Assembly: GCA_963708295.1 (NCBI GenBank) | Contig: CAVPSJ010000017.1 | Coordinates: 128,001-192,000 of the forward strand | DNA from: an uncultured delta proteobacterium | Lineage (GTDB): Bacteria > Desulfobacterota > BSN033 > UBA1163 | Length of the DNA stretch: 64,000 nt | Reading direction: 5' to 3' | In this document: one piece after another, positions 10,676-20,083 of the stretch | Numbering within the stretch: position 1 is the first letter of the stretch | Layout of the letters: each line of letters starts with the position of its first letter | Program-made: the position numbers and the translations under genes | The notes under the pieces: generated by a model | Seen by the model: the letters and a program-made list of their open reading frames with translations, nothing else | What the model was told of the DNA's origin: nothing | The model's database searches: none

Positions 10676-10815
10676 TCAAATCCCTATTCTCGACATAATC
10701 GGTTTGAACGAACCTTCTATTCTTTTGAACACTTCGATCCTTAGAACCGACTTTCCTAACACTTCTACGGCATGTGCGATGTGATCACTTGGATTTGAGC
10801 GTGGATCCGATACAC
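10676..10815 (-). pseudogene. N-terminal fragment of a paralogue of the 294-aa protein
   Basis: VSDPRSNPSDHIAHAVEVLGKSVLRIEVFKRI aligns by eye with VSNPSGDRQDKMANAARVLGRSADRKKVFKAI; stops at TGACCCC. Confidence 0.55.
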
Positions 10816-10994
10816 TGAAAGGATTTCACTTTTCTAGCAGGTATCAAACGGCTTACATTACTCACGTCAAGCTGAAGACCCAAACCAAGTTCTTCTTGCG
10901 AGGTACCTAACTTTAACAATAATAAAACTAGTAGCCTCTTAATCGCGATAAGTTCTTTCAACATTGAGTCATCATTTTTATTATTGGGTGTCAT
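10785..10994 (-). CDS. Small HTH protein C
   Basis: GGAGG RBS; LKELIAIKRLLVLLLLK helix followed by SQEELGLGLQLDVSNVSRL HTH. Confidence 0.75.
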   Translation of the reverse strand: MTPNNKNDDSMLKELIAIKRLLVLLLLKLGTSQEELGLGLQLDVSNVSRLIPARKVKSFQCIGSTLKSK

Positions 10995-11049
10995 AATTCC
11001 TCCAATCTCTTCTCCAAATGATCTTCTTACATCTCTGTATCGATTATTT

Positions 11050-11285
11050 CTACCCTTTACCAGATTTCGGATTGTCCTTCTTAGATTTTTTTATTAGGTG
11101 TATGGTCACTTTAACGTTATTTTCAGTTTTACCGGTTAGTTGAGCAATTTCTCCATAGGATAAGCCCGCACTATAAAGGATTTTGACCTTGTCCCGTGTA
11201 ATCTTTCCTTCAATAAGTAGGACACTGAGTAACATTACAAGTGTTCTTAACTTATTATTTATGGCAAAAAATGTTTTTCATCCAT
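11050..11285 (-). CDS. Small HTH protein B (sigma70-r4/LuxR-like HTH); 1-nt homopolymer frameshift near 11268
   Basis: GGAGG RBS, ATG 11285; repaired frame MDEKHF.AINNKLRTLVMLL...GLSYGEIAQLTGKTENNVKVTIH. Confidence 0.7.
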
Positions 11286-11305
11286 ACTTAATTCCCCTCC
11301 AACCC

Positions 11306-11513
11306 CTATTTTTTTCTCGCTCGGGTCGTATCAACGGTGCCCTTCGGTATACCCGTGAGTTTGCTTATCTGAGCATTTGTGAACTCCATTGAGGTCAGTA
11401 TCTTTATCTGATCTGTTTTATGCTTGCCTTGAATGGTGTTCAAACCTATCAACATGTTCAATTTATCGTTTATTTCTTCCAGCAGCTGTTTCAGTTGTGT
11501 CACTTTTCGACAT
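11306..11513 (-). CDS. Small HTH protein A; probable frameshift near start
   Basis: GGAGG RBS, ATG 11513; LLEEINDKLNMLIGL...FTNAQISKLTGIPKGTVDT. Confidence 0.7.
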
Positions 11514-11546
11514 GTTTACCTCCCTATTGATTTATTGTTTAACCCA

Positions 11547-11575
11547 AATATAGCATGATTTGCTTTTGAAGTCAA
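11547..11575 (-). promoter_or_regulatory. sigma70-type promoter of the HTH operon
   Basis: Minus strand TTGACT-17 nt-TATATT with an extended TG. Confidence 0.6.
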
Positions 11576-11693
11576 TATAAATTCAATGCATAGTTAAAGC
11601 GTGAAGTATGAAATATATAAATGATGCGAGAAACCCAGTGAAAACTATGATAAAATTGAATGATGCCTGTGTCTTTAACTTTGTTGGAGACAA

Positions 11694-12037
11694 GGGGACG
11701 TTGGTTCTAAAACAACTTGGCGATTGAGGGCACGGGAACCATGACACGGGGAAACGGAGACACGGTGACGCGGTGAAATGAAAGACAGAGATACAGGGGA
11801 CCCTGAACCACGTGGGGTTCAGGGCAAGCCCCGCACCATGCTAGGTTCAGGGCGAGCGCGGTGGCGGATCTACGTTTTGCCGCTGGATTTGTGTCTTAGC
11901 AGCAGCCAAACGCCCACAATAATTAGAATGACGGGCCACCAATGGGCCGTGAGCGAACGGAGGGGCGGCAGCCAGCCAAGATTGGACAGGAGGAAAATGA
12001 TACCCAACCCAATGAGGATGTACGCGCCGATTCTGGA
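11694..12037. repeat. Imperfect ~345-bp direct repeat, copy 1 (holds a 5'-truncated copy of the small membrane gene)
   Basis: Aligns along its length with 14043-14393. Confidence 0.92.
11870..12037 (-). pseudogene. Start-less duplicate of DUF5668-like membrane protein gene
   Basis: SRIGAYILIGLGIIFLLSNLGWLPPLRSLTAHWWPVILIIVGVWLLLRHKSSGKT*; in-frame stop upstream, no start codon. Confidence 0.8.
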
Positions 12038-12231
12038 ATATCTTGGGACCGGATCTTATGTTCTGATTCGACATAACAATTGGATAAAAAGTATCTTTTT
12101 GGCCTCTCTATTTTTGTCCCATGTCAAGAATAGACCTCGTGTTCTTACTCTTCAGCGTTTCCTGGATCTCAGAAGGTCCAGTGCTCCCGTCGCGTCAGCC
12201 CCAGCAAGTTTATGCAGTGTCCCATTCCGCC

Positions 12232-13098
12232 TTAGGAGGCTGAGGAAACCTTGCTTCCATTTTCAAAAAACGGCCTTACTTCAATGGCGCGAATGGGCTC
12301 GAGAATACTGCCGCGTTCCACCCGCAATGTGTCACGCAATAACTGTTGCATCTCTTCATGATTCAAATGGTAATTGCTGCCCATGTCAGAGGGGGCCAGG
12401 CACAATTTCTTAAGGGTGTCGACATATCGTAGGATGTTATCCTTATCATATACGAAAATGTGGCTGGGAATCGCCTGCATCTGGTTGTATAGCGCAAAAG
12501 CGAATCCGAATTTGCTCTGCGTCTCCCGCTGGCCGGAGCTTCCTCCCCCTCCTTGCCGCAATACCTTATACTCCGGCACGGCAAAGTACTGCTGGTACGA
12601 ATTACGGCTGTCCCAGTAGTTCAGGGGTTCAGGAATGGCATAAAGACGCTCTCTGTGCCTTTTTTTTCGGGGCTTTGAGATTTTCTCCATGGTGAATTTC
12701 TTTTTCCATGCACGCGGATAAAGCTCTTTATACTGATCTCGGAGAATCCTTCTGGCCTGTGGATAGTATTCCTTTAAAAGCTTTCGGAAGTATCGGTTTT
12801 CCGCATCGCGGTCATGCTCCAGAAATTCCGCCATCCGGGCGTTGATCTCGCGCTCAAAATAGCGCAGGACGATTTCGTCAAGCTCCGACACGATCTGCTC
12901 TGTTGTAATCTTCACATATCGCTTATCCCAAAAATGTGAAGGATCAAGCAATTCCTCTTCTATGATGATGGTGAACGGAGAACAAGGGGCTTGCTTCATG
13001 AGGCGTGCAATTTGGCGATGATCGCTCGCTTGACGGAACTTATCGCTGCCGTAACCAAATTCATAAGTCCTTGAGCGATTGGAGGATCCGATGCACAT
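12232..13098 (-). CDS. Hypothetical protein; true start may be TTG near 13150 with a frameshift near 13065
   Basis: 288-aa ORF with natural composition; no family recognised. Confidence 0.65.
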   Translation of the reverse strand: MCIGSSNRSRTYEFGYGSDKFRQASDHRQIARLMKQAPCSPFTIIIEEELLDPSHFWDKRYVKITTEQIVSELDEIVLRYFEREINARMAEFLEHDRDAENRYFRKLLKEYYPQARRILRDQYKELYPRAWKKKFTMEKISKPRKKRHRERLYAIPEPLNYWDSRNSYQQYFAVPEYKVLRQGGGGSSGQRETQSKFGFAFALYNQMQAIPSHIFVYDKDNILRYVDTLKKLCLAPSDMGSNYHLNHEEMQQLLRDTLRVERGSILEPIRAIEVRPFFENGSKVSSAS

Positions 13099-13237
13099 CC
13101 GGCGGTATTTCCTTAAAAGAGTCTCGGTCGTATATTTTAATTCTGGTCAAAGGCTAACCCACCGACGATCTTAGCTAAATCTCAGCGGCAGCGGCCACCG
13201 GGAGATAGGTTGGTTTAAAAACAACTTTTCTGAATAT

Positions 13238-13552
13238 TTAAGCAGCCTTCAAAGGAGAAATTTTCTCAAGTTTTCTCCTTGCTGTTCTTGCAGTTTCCCA
13301 CAGATCAACAGCACGCTGGGCATTCAACCAAAACTCCGGTGTGTTCCCAAACAAACGCGAAAGTCGTAGCGCCATTTCAGGGCTGACAGCGCGCCGTTCC
13401 CGCAACAACTCATTTACCGTCTGACGGGACACTCCTAAAGCCTTCGCCATACTTGATACAGACAGTCCGTAATCCGGCATGAAGTCCTCCCGCAGCATCT
13501 CTCCGGGATGCGTAGGTCGAACCTTCCTCTCCCTCGTGTTAGGAATACTCAT
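13238..13552 (-). CDS. higA: HigA-family antitoxin
   Basis: PTHPGEMLREDF...SPEMALRLSRLFGNTPEFWLNAQ. Confidence 0.93.
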   Translation of the reverse strand: MSIPNTRERKVRPTHPGEMLREDFMPDYGLSVSSMAKALGVSRQTVNELLRERRAVSPEMALRLSRLFGNTPEFWLNAQRAVDLWETARTARRKLEKISPLKAA

Positions 13553-13569
13553 AAGCCACCCCTCCTTAG

Positions 13570-13851
13570 TTAGTGATAATCGGTTAATTCAACGTCATAG
13601 GCATCGCCATCAACAAACCGAAAACAAATCCTCCATTGATCGTTAACGGAGATGGAAAATTGTCCTTTTCGGTTCCTCTCCAATTCATGAAGCCGGTTGC
13701 TGGGAGGAACCTTCAAATCGTTCAAACCTGTTGCCAAATCGAGGTATTCCAGCTTTCGCAACGCTCTCTTCCATATCTCCGGAGGCAGCCGTTTGGACTT
13801 TCCCGTTTCATACACCTCCTTCGTGTGCCTGTCGGCAAACGTTTTTATCAT
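13570..13851 (-). CDS. higB: HigB/RelE-family toxin
   Basis: MIKTFAD...DLKVPPSNRLHEL...GQFSISVNDQWRICFRF; toxin-first order. Confidence 0.93.
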   Translation of the reverse strand: MIKTFADRHTKEVYETGKSKRLPPEIWKRALRKLEYLDLATGLNDLKVPPSNRLHELERNRKGQFSISVNDQWRICFRFVDGDAYDVELTDYH

Positions 13852-14042
13852 TGAACAATGGTAAACTGTAACGTGACGCTTGTCAATAAGAATATAAACG
13901 TGCCACATAGGACTGCCTCATCGAGAAGGTCCAGGCAAGACAGAGCGGGAATCTGGGGGACGTAGTTAAATTCTGCCACTTATATTTTTCCTAGAAAACT
14001 TAGATAAGAAGAGGGCGTAGGTTCTAAAACAACCAGAGATGA

Positions 14043-14393
14043 GGGGACGTTGGTTCTGAAACAACTTGACGATTGAGGGCACGGGAACCATGACGCGGGG
14101 AAACGGAGACACGGCGACGCGGTGAAACTGAAAGACAGAGATACAGGGACGCGGAGACCCTGAACCACGTAGGGTTCAGGGATGCCCCGCACCATGCTAG
14201 CCTCAGGGCGAGCGCGGTGGCGGATCTATGATTTTCCGCTGGATTTGTGTTTTAGCAGCAACCAAACGCCTACAATAATAAGGATGACCGGCCACCAATG
14301 AGCCATGAGTGAGCGAAGGGGCGGCAGCCAGCCAAGATTAGACAGGAGGAAGATGATACCCAGCCCAATCAGGATGTACGCGCCGATCCTGGA
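14043..14393. repeat. Imperfect ~345-bp direct repeat, copy 2
   Basis: Aligns with 11694-12037. Confidence 0.92.
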
Positions 14394-14405
14394 CTTAGAT
14401 TTCAT
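14226..14405 (-). CDS. Small two-TM membrane protein (DUF5668/LiaI-LiaF-like)
   Basis: GGAGG RBS; GAYILIGLGIIFLLSNLG...WWPVILIIVGV. Confidence 0.8.
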   Translation of the reverse strand: MKSKSRIGAYILIGLGIIFLLSNLGWLPPLRSLMAHWWPVILIIVGVWLLLKHKSSGKS

Positions 14406-14510
14406 AGTGTCTCCTCCGCAGGATAAATCATGTAGATACTCCCGTTCCCCCAATCTTATCAAAATGGGACGAAAATTCAATCAGAAGTCTTGGGTAACAT
14501 AGAGCTCCCC

Positions 14511-14897
14511 TCACCCTAGCCCTCTCCCCGACGGGGAGAGGGGAGGGTTAAGAGGAAGGAAAGCAATTGAATAAGGAGCCAATCCTTTTGGATGGCGGGA
14601 TGAGAATTTCTTGATCAGGCCGGCGATTCGAGAGAATTGGTCTCCGGGGAGGGTATAAGGAACGATGAGGACTCCGCAGTGGGGGCGTTGGTCGTTGAAG
14701 AATCGAACCGTGAGCCTGATGAAATCGTCCCTATTTCTGGTCACCAAACATCTTTTCTCTGCGGCCGCAAAGTCGAGTTGCCTTTGATCCGACGATTCAC
14801 ACATCCCAGCTTCATGAGCACTGAGCGCGTCAATTCCGCTTTTCCGGAATATTTTTGCAATCGTAGGACTGAGATCTTCATCCAGGTAAACCTTCAT
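14511..14897 (-). CDS. DUF5615 PIN-like toxin (VapC45-like)
   Basis: MKVYLDEDLS, SDQRQLDFA, LVTRNRDDF; C-terminus runs into a REP hairpin. Confidence 0.85.
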   Translation of the reverse strand: MKVYLDEDLSPTIAKIFRKSGIDALSAHEAGMCESSDQRQLDFAAAEKRCLVTRNRDDFIRLTVRFFNDQRPHCGVLIVPYTLPGDQFSRIAGLIKKFSSRHPKGLAPYSIAFLPLNPPLSPSGRGLG

Positions 14898-15310
14898 GAG
14901 GACGACCTCATAAAGGGATAACGTACTCGAATCTTTTTATCATTCCATTGTCCATTCTGTTCAATGAGTCGGTCAATCTCCTGCGGATAGATCGTATAAT
15001 ACCCAAGGGCCGCTTTGAGCTGCTCCGCGGACAGCCAATGATACGCTTTTTGCAGCCTTTTAAGATCCCCCTTCATGCTCTTGTAAGCGGCAATCACTTC
15101 CCAGACTTCAATCCCTGTTCCCGCCACCCGCGCTCTTCTTCCAACGGTGCCTTCGGCAAACAGAATCCCCGGGCAGCGTCTCATCTTAATGGCCTCTTGC
15201 AAAAGATCCTTTGTGATGTTTGAGAAATCCTGGCCTGTCTCTTTGGCCATTTGCTCAATTTCCTTCATGGTTTCGGCTGGAAGACGTAAGCTCTTTTGAA
15301 CACCCGCCAT
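14894..15310 (-). CDS. RHH + DUF433 antitoxin
   Basis: KSLRLP N-terminus; GRRARVAGTGIEVWEVI...LSAEQLKAALGYY; overlaps toxin gene by 4 nt. Confidence 0.85.
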   Translation of the reverse strand: MAGVQKSLRLPAETMKEIEQMAKETGQDFSNITKDLLQEAIKMRRCPGILFAEGTVGRRARVAGTGIEVWEVIAAYKSMKGDLKRLQKAYHWLSAEQLKAALGYYTIYPQEIDRLIEQNGQWNDKKIRVRYPFMRSSS

Positions 15311-15453
15311 AAACAAACCTCCCTTCTACGATGTCATTCATAATATTACGCTGTCCTACAATGAATGTCAAGACTCTTCAAGAGGGGTCAGGTTTGAGGA
15401 TGCTGGGTGGTTGGCAATTTTGCTGGACAATACGTCGGCACTAAATGCCGACG

Positions 15454-17050
15454 CTACTCTTGGCTATACTGGTACCGGGAACGATGTGGAGGATCGGCTG
15501 GTTGTTTTTTGATCGGATGATCGCCATTCGCGGCCGCATGATCCAGGGATTTGAACACCAATTCTACTTCTCCCGGGGCGTCGATGGCTGAGGCAATCTC
15601 TTCTGCTGTAAAAGACTTTCCTTTTTCTTTCTTGAGAAAGGCAAGGGCCTTGGTCTGTAGCTCGATGACCAATCCGGCTGTCTTGTTTGCCCGCCTCTAC
15701 ACCGGGTTGATGATAGGCATTGATATTGATCAGCGATGCATAGAAACCTACGGCCCGCTCGTAAAGCGCAATCAAGGCGCCGATGGAACGAGCATTGATC
15801 TTTTCAATCGTAAGGGTGATCGACTCCCGGTTTTTTCGCTGAGGGCCTTTCGGGTTCCCTGGAGAAAGGCGTTGAGATAATCGCCGCTCGTTGCTTTTCC
15901 ATCCAACTTTTAAAGAACGATCTTTACGGTCCTTAAGTACTTCAATAAAGGTGACAAAGAAGTTGTTCACTCCTTCGCGAAGCTGCTGCACATAAGCATG
16001 CTGGTCCGTAGAACCTTTGTTGCCGTAAACCGAGATTCCCTGATTGACGACCTGACCGTTGAGATCTTTTTCCTTGCCGAGGGATTCCATGATGAGCTGC
16101 TGGAGATATTTTGAAAGGAATTGAAGCCTATCCTTGTAAGGAAGAATGACCATATCTTTTTTTCCACAACCTCCGGTGGCGTGATACCAGGCGAGGGCCA
16201 AAAGCGCTGCAGGATTGGCTCGGGAATCCTTTTTCCGGGTTATCTCATCACAGAGGCGGGCACCATCCAGCAACGCGTCAACGTCAATGCCTTGGAGTGC
16301 AGCCGGAAGAAGCCCTACCGCAGAAGTCTCCGAAGTCCTTCCCCCGACCCAGTCCCACATCGGGAACCGCGCGATCCATCCTTCTTTCTTTGCGATCCGG
16401 TCAAGGTCGCTCTTTGCTCCGGTAATCGCGACAGCGTGTTTCTCAAAACGAAGTCCTTTAGTTTGATAGGCGGCCTTTGCCTCAAGCATTCCATTCCGGG
16501 TTTCTATCGTGCCGCCACTTTTCGAGATGACCATGGTCAGGGTCTCTGATAAGGCACCTTTGATCTCTTTTAGAACCCGGTCGAATCCATCCGGATCGGT
16601 ATTATCAAAGAAATAAGGCTTGATCCAGTCTTTGGGAGTTTTGAGTGCATCCGAAATAAACTGAGGCCCAAGAGCCGATCCGCCGATTCCAACGATCAGA
16701 ATTCGCGAAAAGCGTTTTCCCTTTTGGGATTTTATCTTTCCGGCATGGACCTTTTTAGCAAAATCTTTGATGGCCTGGAGGTTCTTCTGGATATCTCGGG
16801 TGATTTCTCTTTTCGGGGCCAATCCAGGGGCACGGAGCCAGTAGTGGCCGACCATCCGGTTTTCATCAGGGTTTGCAATCGCCCCGGATTCAATGGCCTC
16901 CATATCATCGAAGGCCTTTCGGATTTGTGATTCCATCCGATCAAAATAGTCGTCCGGAAACATCATGCGGCTGATGTCCACCATCAGTCCGATCTCTGGA
17001 TTGAAATTCAGATACTGCTTATATCGTTCCCATTGTTCAGTGCTTGCCAT
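15454..17050 (-). CDS. pgi: Glucose-6-phosphate isomerase; frameshifts in 3' part
   Basis: [42 protein letters not shown]. Confidence 0.93.
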
Positions 17051-17154
17051 CAGTCACTCCCATATAACCTGAGTCTAAGAAGCGCTAGTAGGTGGTTAGC
17101 CCATCAATATCGATGTAGAATTGTGGATATTGTTCAATTGTTCTTAACAACATT

Positions 17155-17400
17155 GTAGCGCCCCCATTTTATTGGGGGCGAATTCAGAATTTTCGTCGGC
17201 AATAAATGCCGACGCTACATCTTGTTCGTCGGAACGCCACGCTCACCCGTCTTCGTTGGGAAGGATGCCCGTAGGGAACGGTTTGAAACCGTTCCCTACG
17301 AAGGATTGCCTGCCTGAACGGCAGGTGAAAGGCTCACGGACACCCCGGCGAGCGGGATTTCGTAAACCTCAGCACACATCTAGACATTTTTGAGCAGCCC
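17155..17400. repeat. Cluster of GTAG-type REP palindromes plus a partial MITE end
   Basis: CGTCGGCAATAAATGCCGACGCTAC (near-identical at ~15434), GTAGGGAACGGTTTGAAACCGTTCCCTAC, ACATTTTTGAGCAGCC. Confidence 0.7.
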
Positions 17401-17427
17401 GGAAAATGTCATCTTTTCACCAACCCT

Positions 17428-18444
17428 TTAGATCCTGGCGAGACTCGCGGCGCGAGAGGCCGCACCCAGAAGAGCTGTTTTCTCATTCATAATCACCCTG
17501 ACGGGGATGTGAGCAACAATACGGGATAGTCTTCCCTTGTCTTTGAAGGCCTTCACGAAAGTTCCGTCTTTAAGCTTCCAGATGATTTTTGGAGCGATGC
17601 CGCCTCCGATAAAGACTCCGCCCACCGCCATGACCTGGAGGGCGAGATTCCCGGCCGCCGCCCCGTAGATGGAGGTAAAGAGATCCAGAGCCTCGCTGCA
17701 CAACCTATTCTTCTTGAGACGAGCCATCTCCGAAATGACTTCAGCCGGGTCTTCCTCTTTTATCTTTTCGGAGAGCCACGACGGTTCACTTCCAAATCTT
17801 TTCGAATCCTTCAGAAATTGATAAAGATGGAAGAGGCCCTGTCCGGAGAGGACACGTTCGTAACTGACATGGTCGAAGCGTTCGGAAAGGTAATTAAACA
17901 GTCCCATCTCCAGATGGTTTCTCGGTCCAAATTCAATGTGTCCCCCTTCCGAAGGAGAAGGCACGTATTGTTTCCCGTCCCAGAAAAGGATGGCCTCTCC
18001 GAGGCCCGTCCCTGCAGAGATCAGGGCCTGATTCCCCTTCTTTACTTTGCCCACATTCAAGGTTTCAAAATCCCTCTTCTTCAAAACCGAAATACCATAA
18101 GCATTGGCAACGAGATCATTGATGACTTCCGTCTTTCTGAGAGCGAGTGCCTTTTGAAGTGATTGAATATCGATCCACCAGGGAAGGTTTGTGGCAATGA
18201 CCACTTCCTGGGTCACGGGTCCGGCCACGCCAAAACAGGCCGCAATGATTCCTTTCTTTCCCTTCAGAAAATCCTTCAGAATATTCTCCAGTCCCCTGTA
18301 ATTCTTGGTTAAAAAGGCCTTCTCCAATAAAAGGCGAAAACGGCCCCTGCTTACCTCGAAGAGCCCAAGGCGAGTGTTTGTTCCACCCACATCTCCGGCC
18401 AGGATTAATTCAGATTGGCTCTTTTTCTTTTTTATTCGTACCAT
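17428..18444 (-). CDS. glk: Glucokinase
   Basis: LAGDVGGTNTR, VINDL, AGTGLGE, SEGGH, ERVLSGQGL, GGGIAPK. Confidence 0.95.
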   Translation of the reverse strand: MVRIKKKKSQSELILAGDVGGTNTRLGLFEVSRGRFRLLLEKAFLTKNYRGLENILKDFLKGKKGIIAACFGVAGPVTQEVVIATNLPWWIDIQSLQKALALRKTEVINDLVANAYGISVLKKRDFETLNVGKVKKGNQALISAGTGLGEAILFWDGKQYVPSPSEGGHIEFGPRNHLEMGLFNYLSERFDHVSYERVLSGQGLFHLYQFLKDSKRFGSEPSWLSEKIKEEDPAEVISEMARLKKNRLCSEALDLFTSIYGAAAGNLALQVMAVGGVFIGGGIAPKIIWKLKDGTFVKAFKDKGRLSRIVAHIPVRVIMNEKTALLGAASRAASLARI

Positions 18445-18519
18445 CGTATCGTATCCCTGAAAATCGAAAAGTCATAACATTAATTTCTGAGCAATGAAAA
18501 TTGCGGGCGCTCGCCCCGA

Positions 18520-19090
18520 CCTACCGGCAGGCAGGATCTAAGGATGAAACCTGCTAAGTATTATCCTCCTCTCTTGACGGGGGGGAGGTGTGGAAAAATT
18601 AGTCTGGCGCTACTTAATGTCATTCCGGCGAAAGCCGGAATCCAGTGTTTTTATCAGGTTACAAACATCCTGGACCCCGGGTTTCACCGGGGAGACGAAT
18701 ACAGTGTGATTCATTCACACATTCGGGAGGATTGAGGTGGGGTTGGCCTGGTATATTCCCCCTCACCCTTACCCTCTCCCGCGAGGGGAGAGGGGTGGGA
18801 ACCATGAGCATTGGATCTTCCCTCCCAACCTCCACCCTTGAGCTACCGATTATTTTATACACACAGGGAGATTCGTTGTCAACAAAGGCCGTGCGACTTG
18901 CTAACGCCCGGTTTTGCTCGCCCGCGACACCCGAACTAATCCCTCCTTACCTCCCTTTAGAAAAGGGAGGAATTTCCCCTCTTTTATAAATGGTGAGACT
19001 TGCTAACGCCCGGTGTCGTGATAAATGGGAAAATCTTAACCCCCCTTCATCCCCCCTTAATCTAAGGGGGGAATAGAGGGGGGGGATTGC
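18520..19090. repeat. Intergenic mosaic of REP-like palindromes
   Basis: GTCATTCCGGCGAAAGCCGGAATCC, CCCCGGGTTTCACCGGGG, CCCTCTCCCGCGAGGGGAGAGGG, CCCCCCTTAATCTAAGGGGG; direct repeat GACTTGCTAACGCCCGG x2. Confidence 0.7.
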
Positions 19091-19661
19091 CCTCCGCTCC
19101 TCTTTTAAGCTCTTTATACCTGAAACAACCTACGACATGATCATTAACCATGCCGACTGCTTGCATGAAGGCGTAACAAATCGTCGTCCCAACGAACTTG
19201 AATCCCCTCTTCTTCAAATCCTTGGTCATGGCTTCAGACTCAGGAGAGCTTGAGGGAATTTCCGTCATTTTTTTCCATGAATTCTGAAAAGGTCTTCCGT
19301 TAACAAATTGCCAGATATAACGGTCAAAACTTCCAAATTCCCTCTCCACCCGAAGGAACGATCGAGCATTTGTGATGGTCGCGTTAACCTTCAGCCTGTT
19401 TCTTATGATCTCAGGATTAGCGAGTAACCGGGAAATGTCGGCCTCGGAGTATTGGGAAATTTTCTTGGCATCAAAGTGATCGAAGGCCTTTCTATAACCT
19501 TCTCGTTTCCGAAGGATGGTGTCCCAACTGAGTCCTGCCTGCGCACCTTCCAAGACAAGGAACTCGAATAGACTTCTGTCGTCGTGAATGGGTACCCCCC
19601 ATTCATTGTCATGATAGGACATCTCGAGATCGCTCTTATTGGCCCATTCGCAACGTTTCAT
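19062..19661 (-). CDS. tag: DNA-3-methyladenine glycosylase I
   Basis: RCEW, YHDNEWG, LEGAQAGLSW, GFKFVG, MQAVGMVNDH. Confidence 0.95.
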   Translation of the reverse strand: MKRCEWANKSDLEMSYHDNEWGVPIHDDRSLFEFLVLEGAQAGLSWDTILRKREGYRKAFDHFDAKKISQYSEADISRLLANPEIIRNRLKVNATITNARSFLRVEREFGSFDRYIWQFVNGRPFQNSWKKMTEIPSSSPESEAMTKDLKKRGFKFVGTTICYAFMQAVGMVNDHVVGCFRYKELKRGAEGNPPPLFPP

Positions 19662-20083
19662 CGGTGACCCTCTTAACCCTACCGTATGATCGTTATACCG
19701 TAATTATACTCAAGATAGGCGTTTTTATACAGCCTCAAGATTTGACCCACCCATGGGGTAAATCCAGTAGTTCGTGATTGGAAAGACAGTATTTTTGAGG
19801 GGGAATGGCGAAAAAAATTGAAAATCAAATTATAAGATGTATAGAGTGGTCTTAGGATGGCTTCGTTCAAAAGACTGTTGGGTGTGCTTTCCAACCTTTA
19901 CCAAGCGGGTTTTTTGTATATTTTATGGGTGATCTACGACATTGCTTAAGGTGGCCTATGCAATGTTATTGGAAGCGAGTAGCGGGACGCTAAGAGGTTC
20001 CGCCGTAAAGCTTGTCCAGCACACCCGACAGCCTTTTTTGGGATTTTTATTCATTGGATGGATTCATTAAAGGAGGCGCGGAA

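Noticed and set aside
11694-14070. GTTCTAAAACAAC repeats as a CRISPR array
   Set aside because: Only about four copies with irregular spacing up to kilobases, no 30-40 nt spacer periodicity and no cas genes
15680-15910. Programmed frameshifting in pgi
   Set aside because: Multiple scattered indels in a housekeeping gene fit sequencing error better
18895-19015. CTAACGCCCGG repeats as integron attC sites
   Set aside because: No matching GTTAG/GTTRRRY end, no cassette ORF and no integrase
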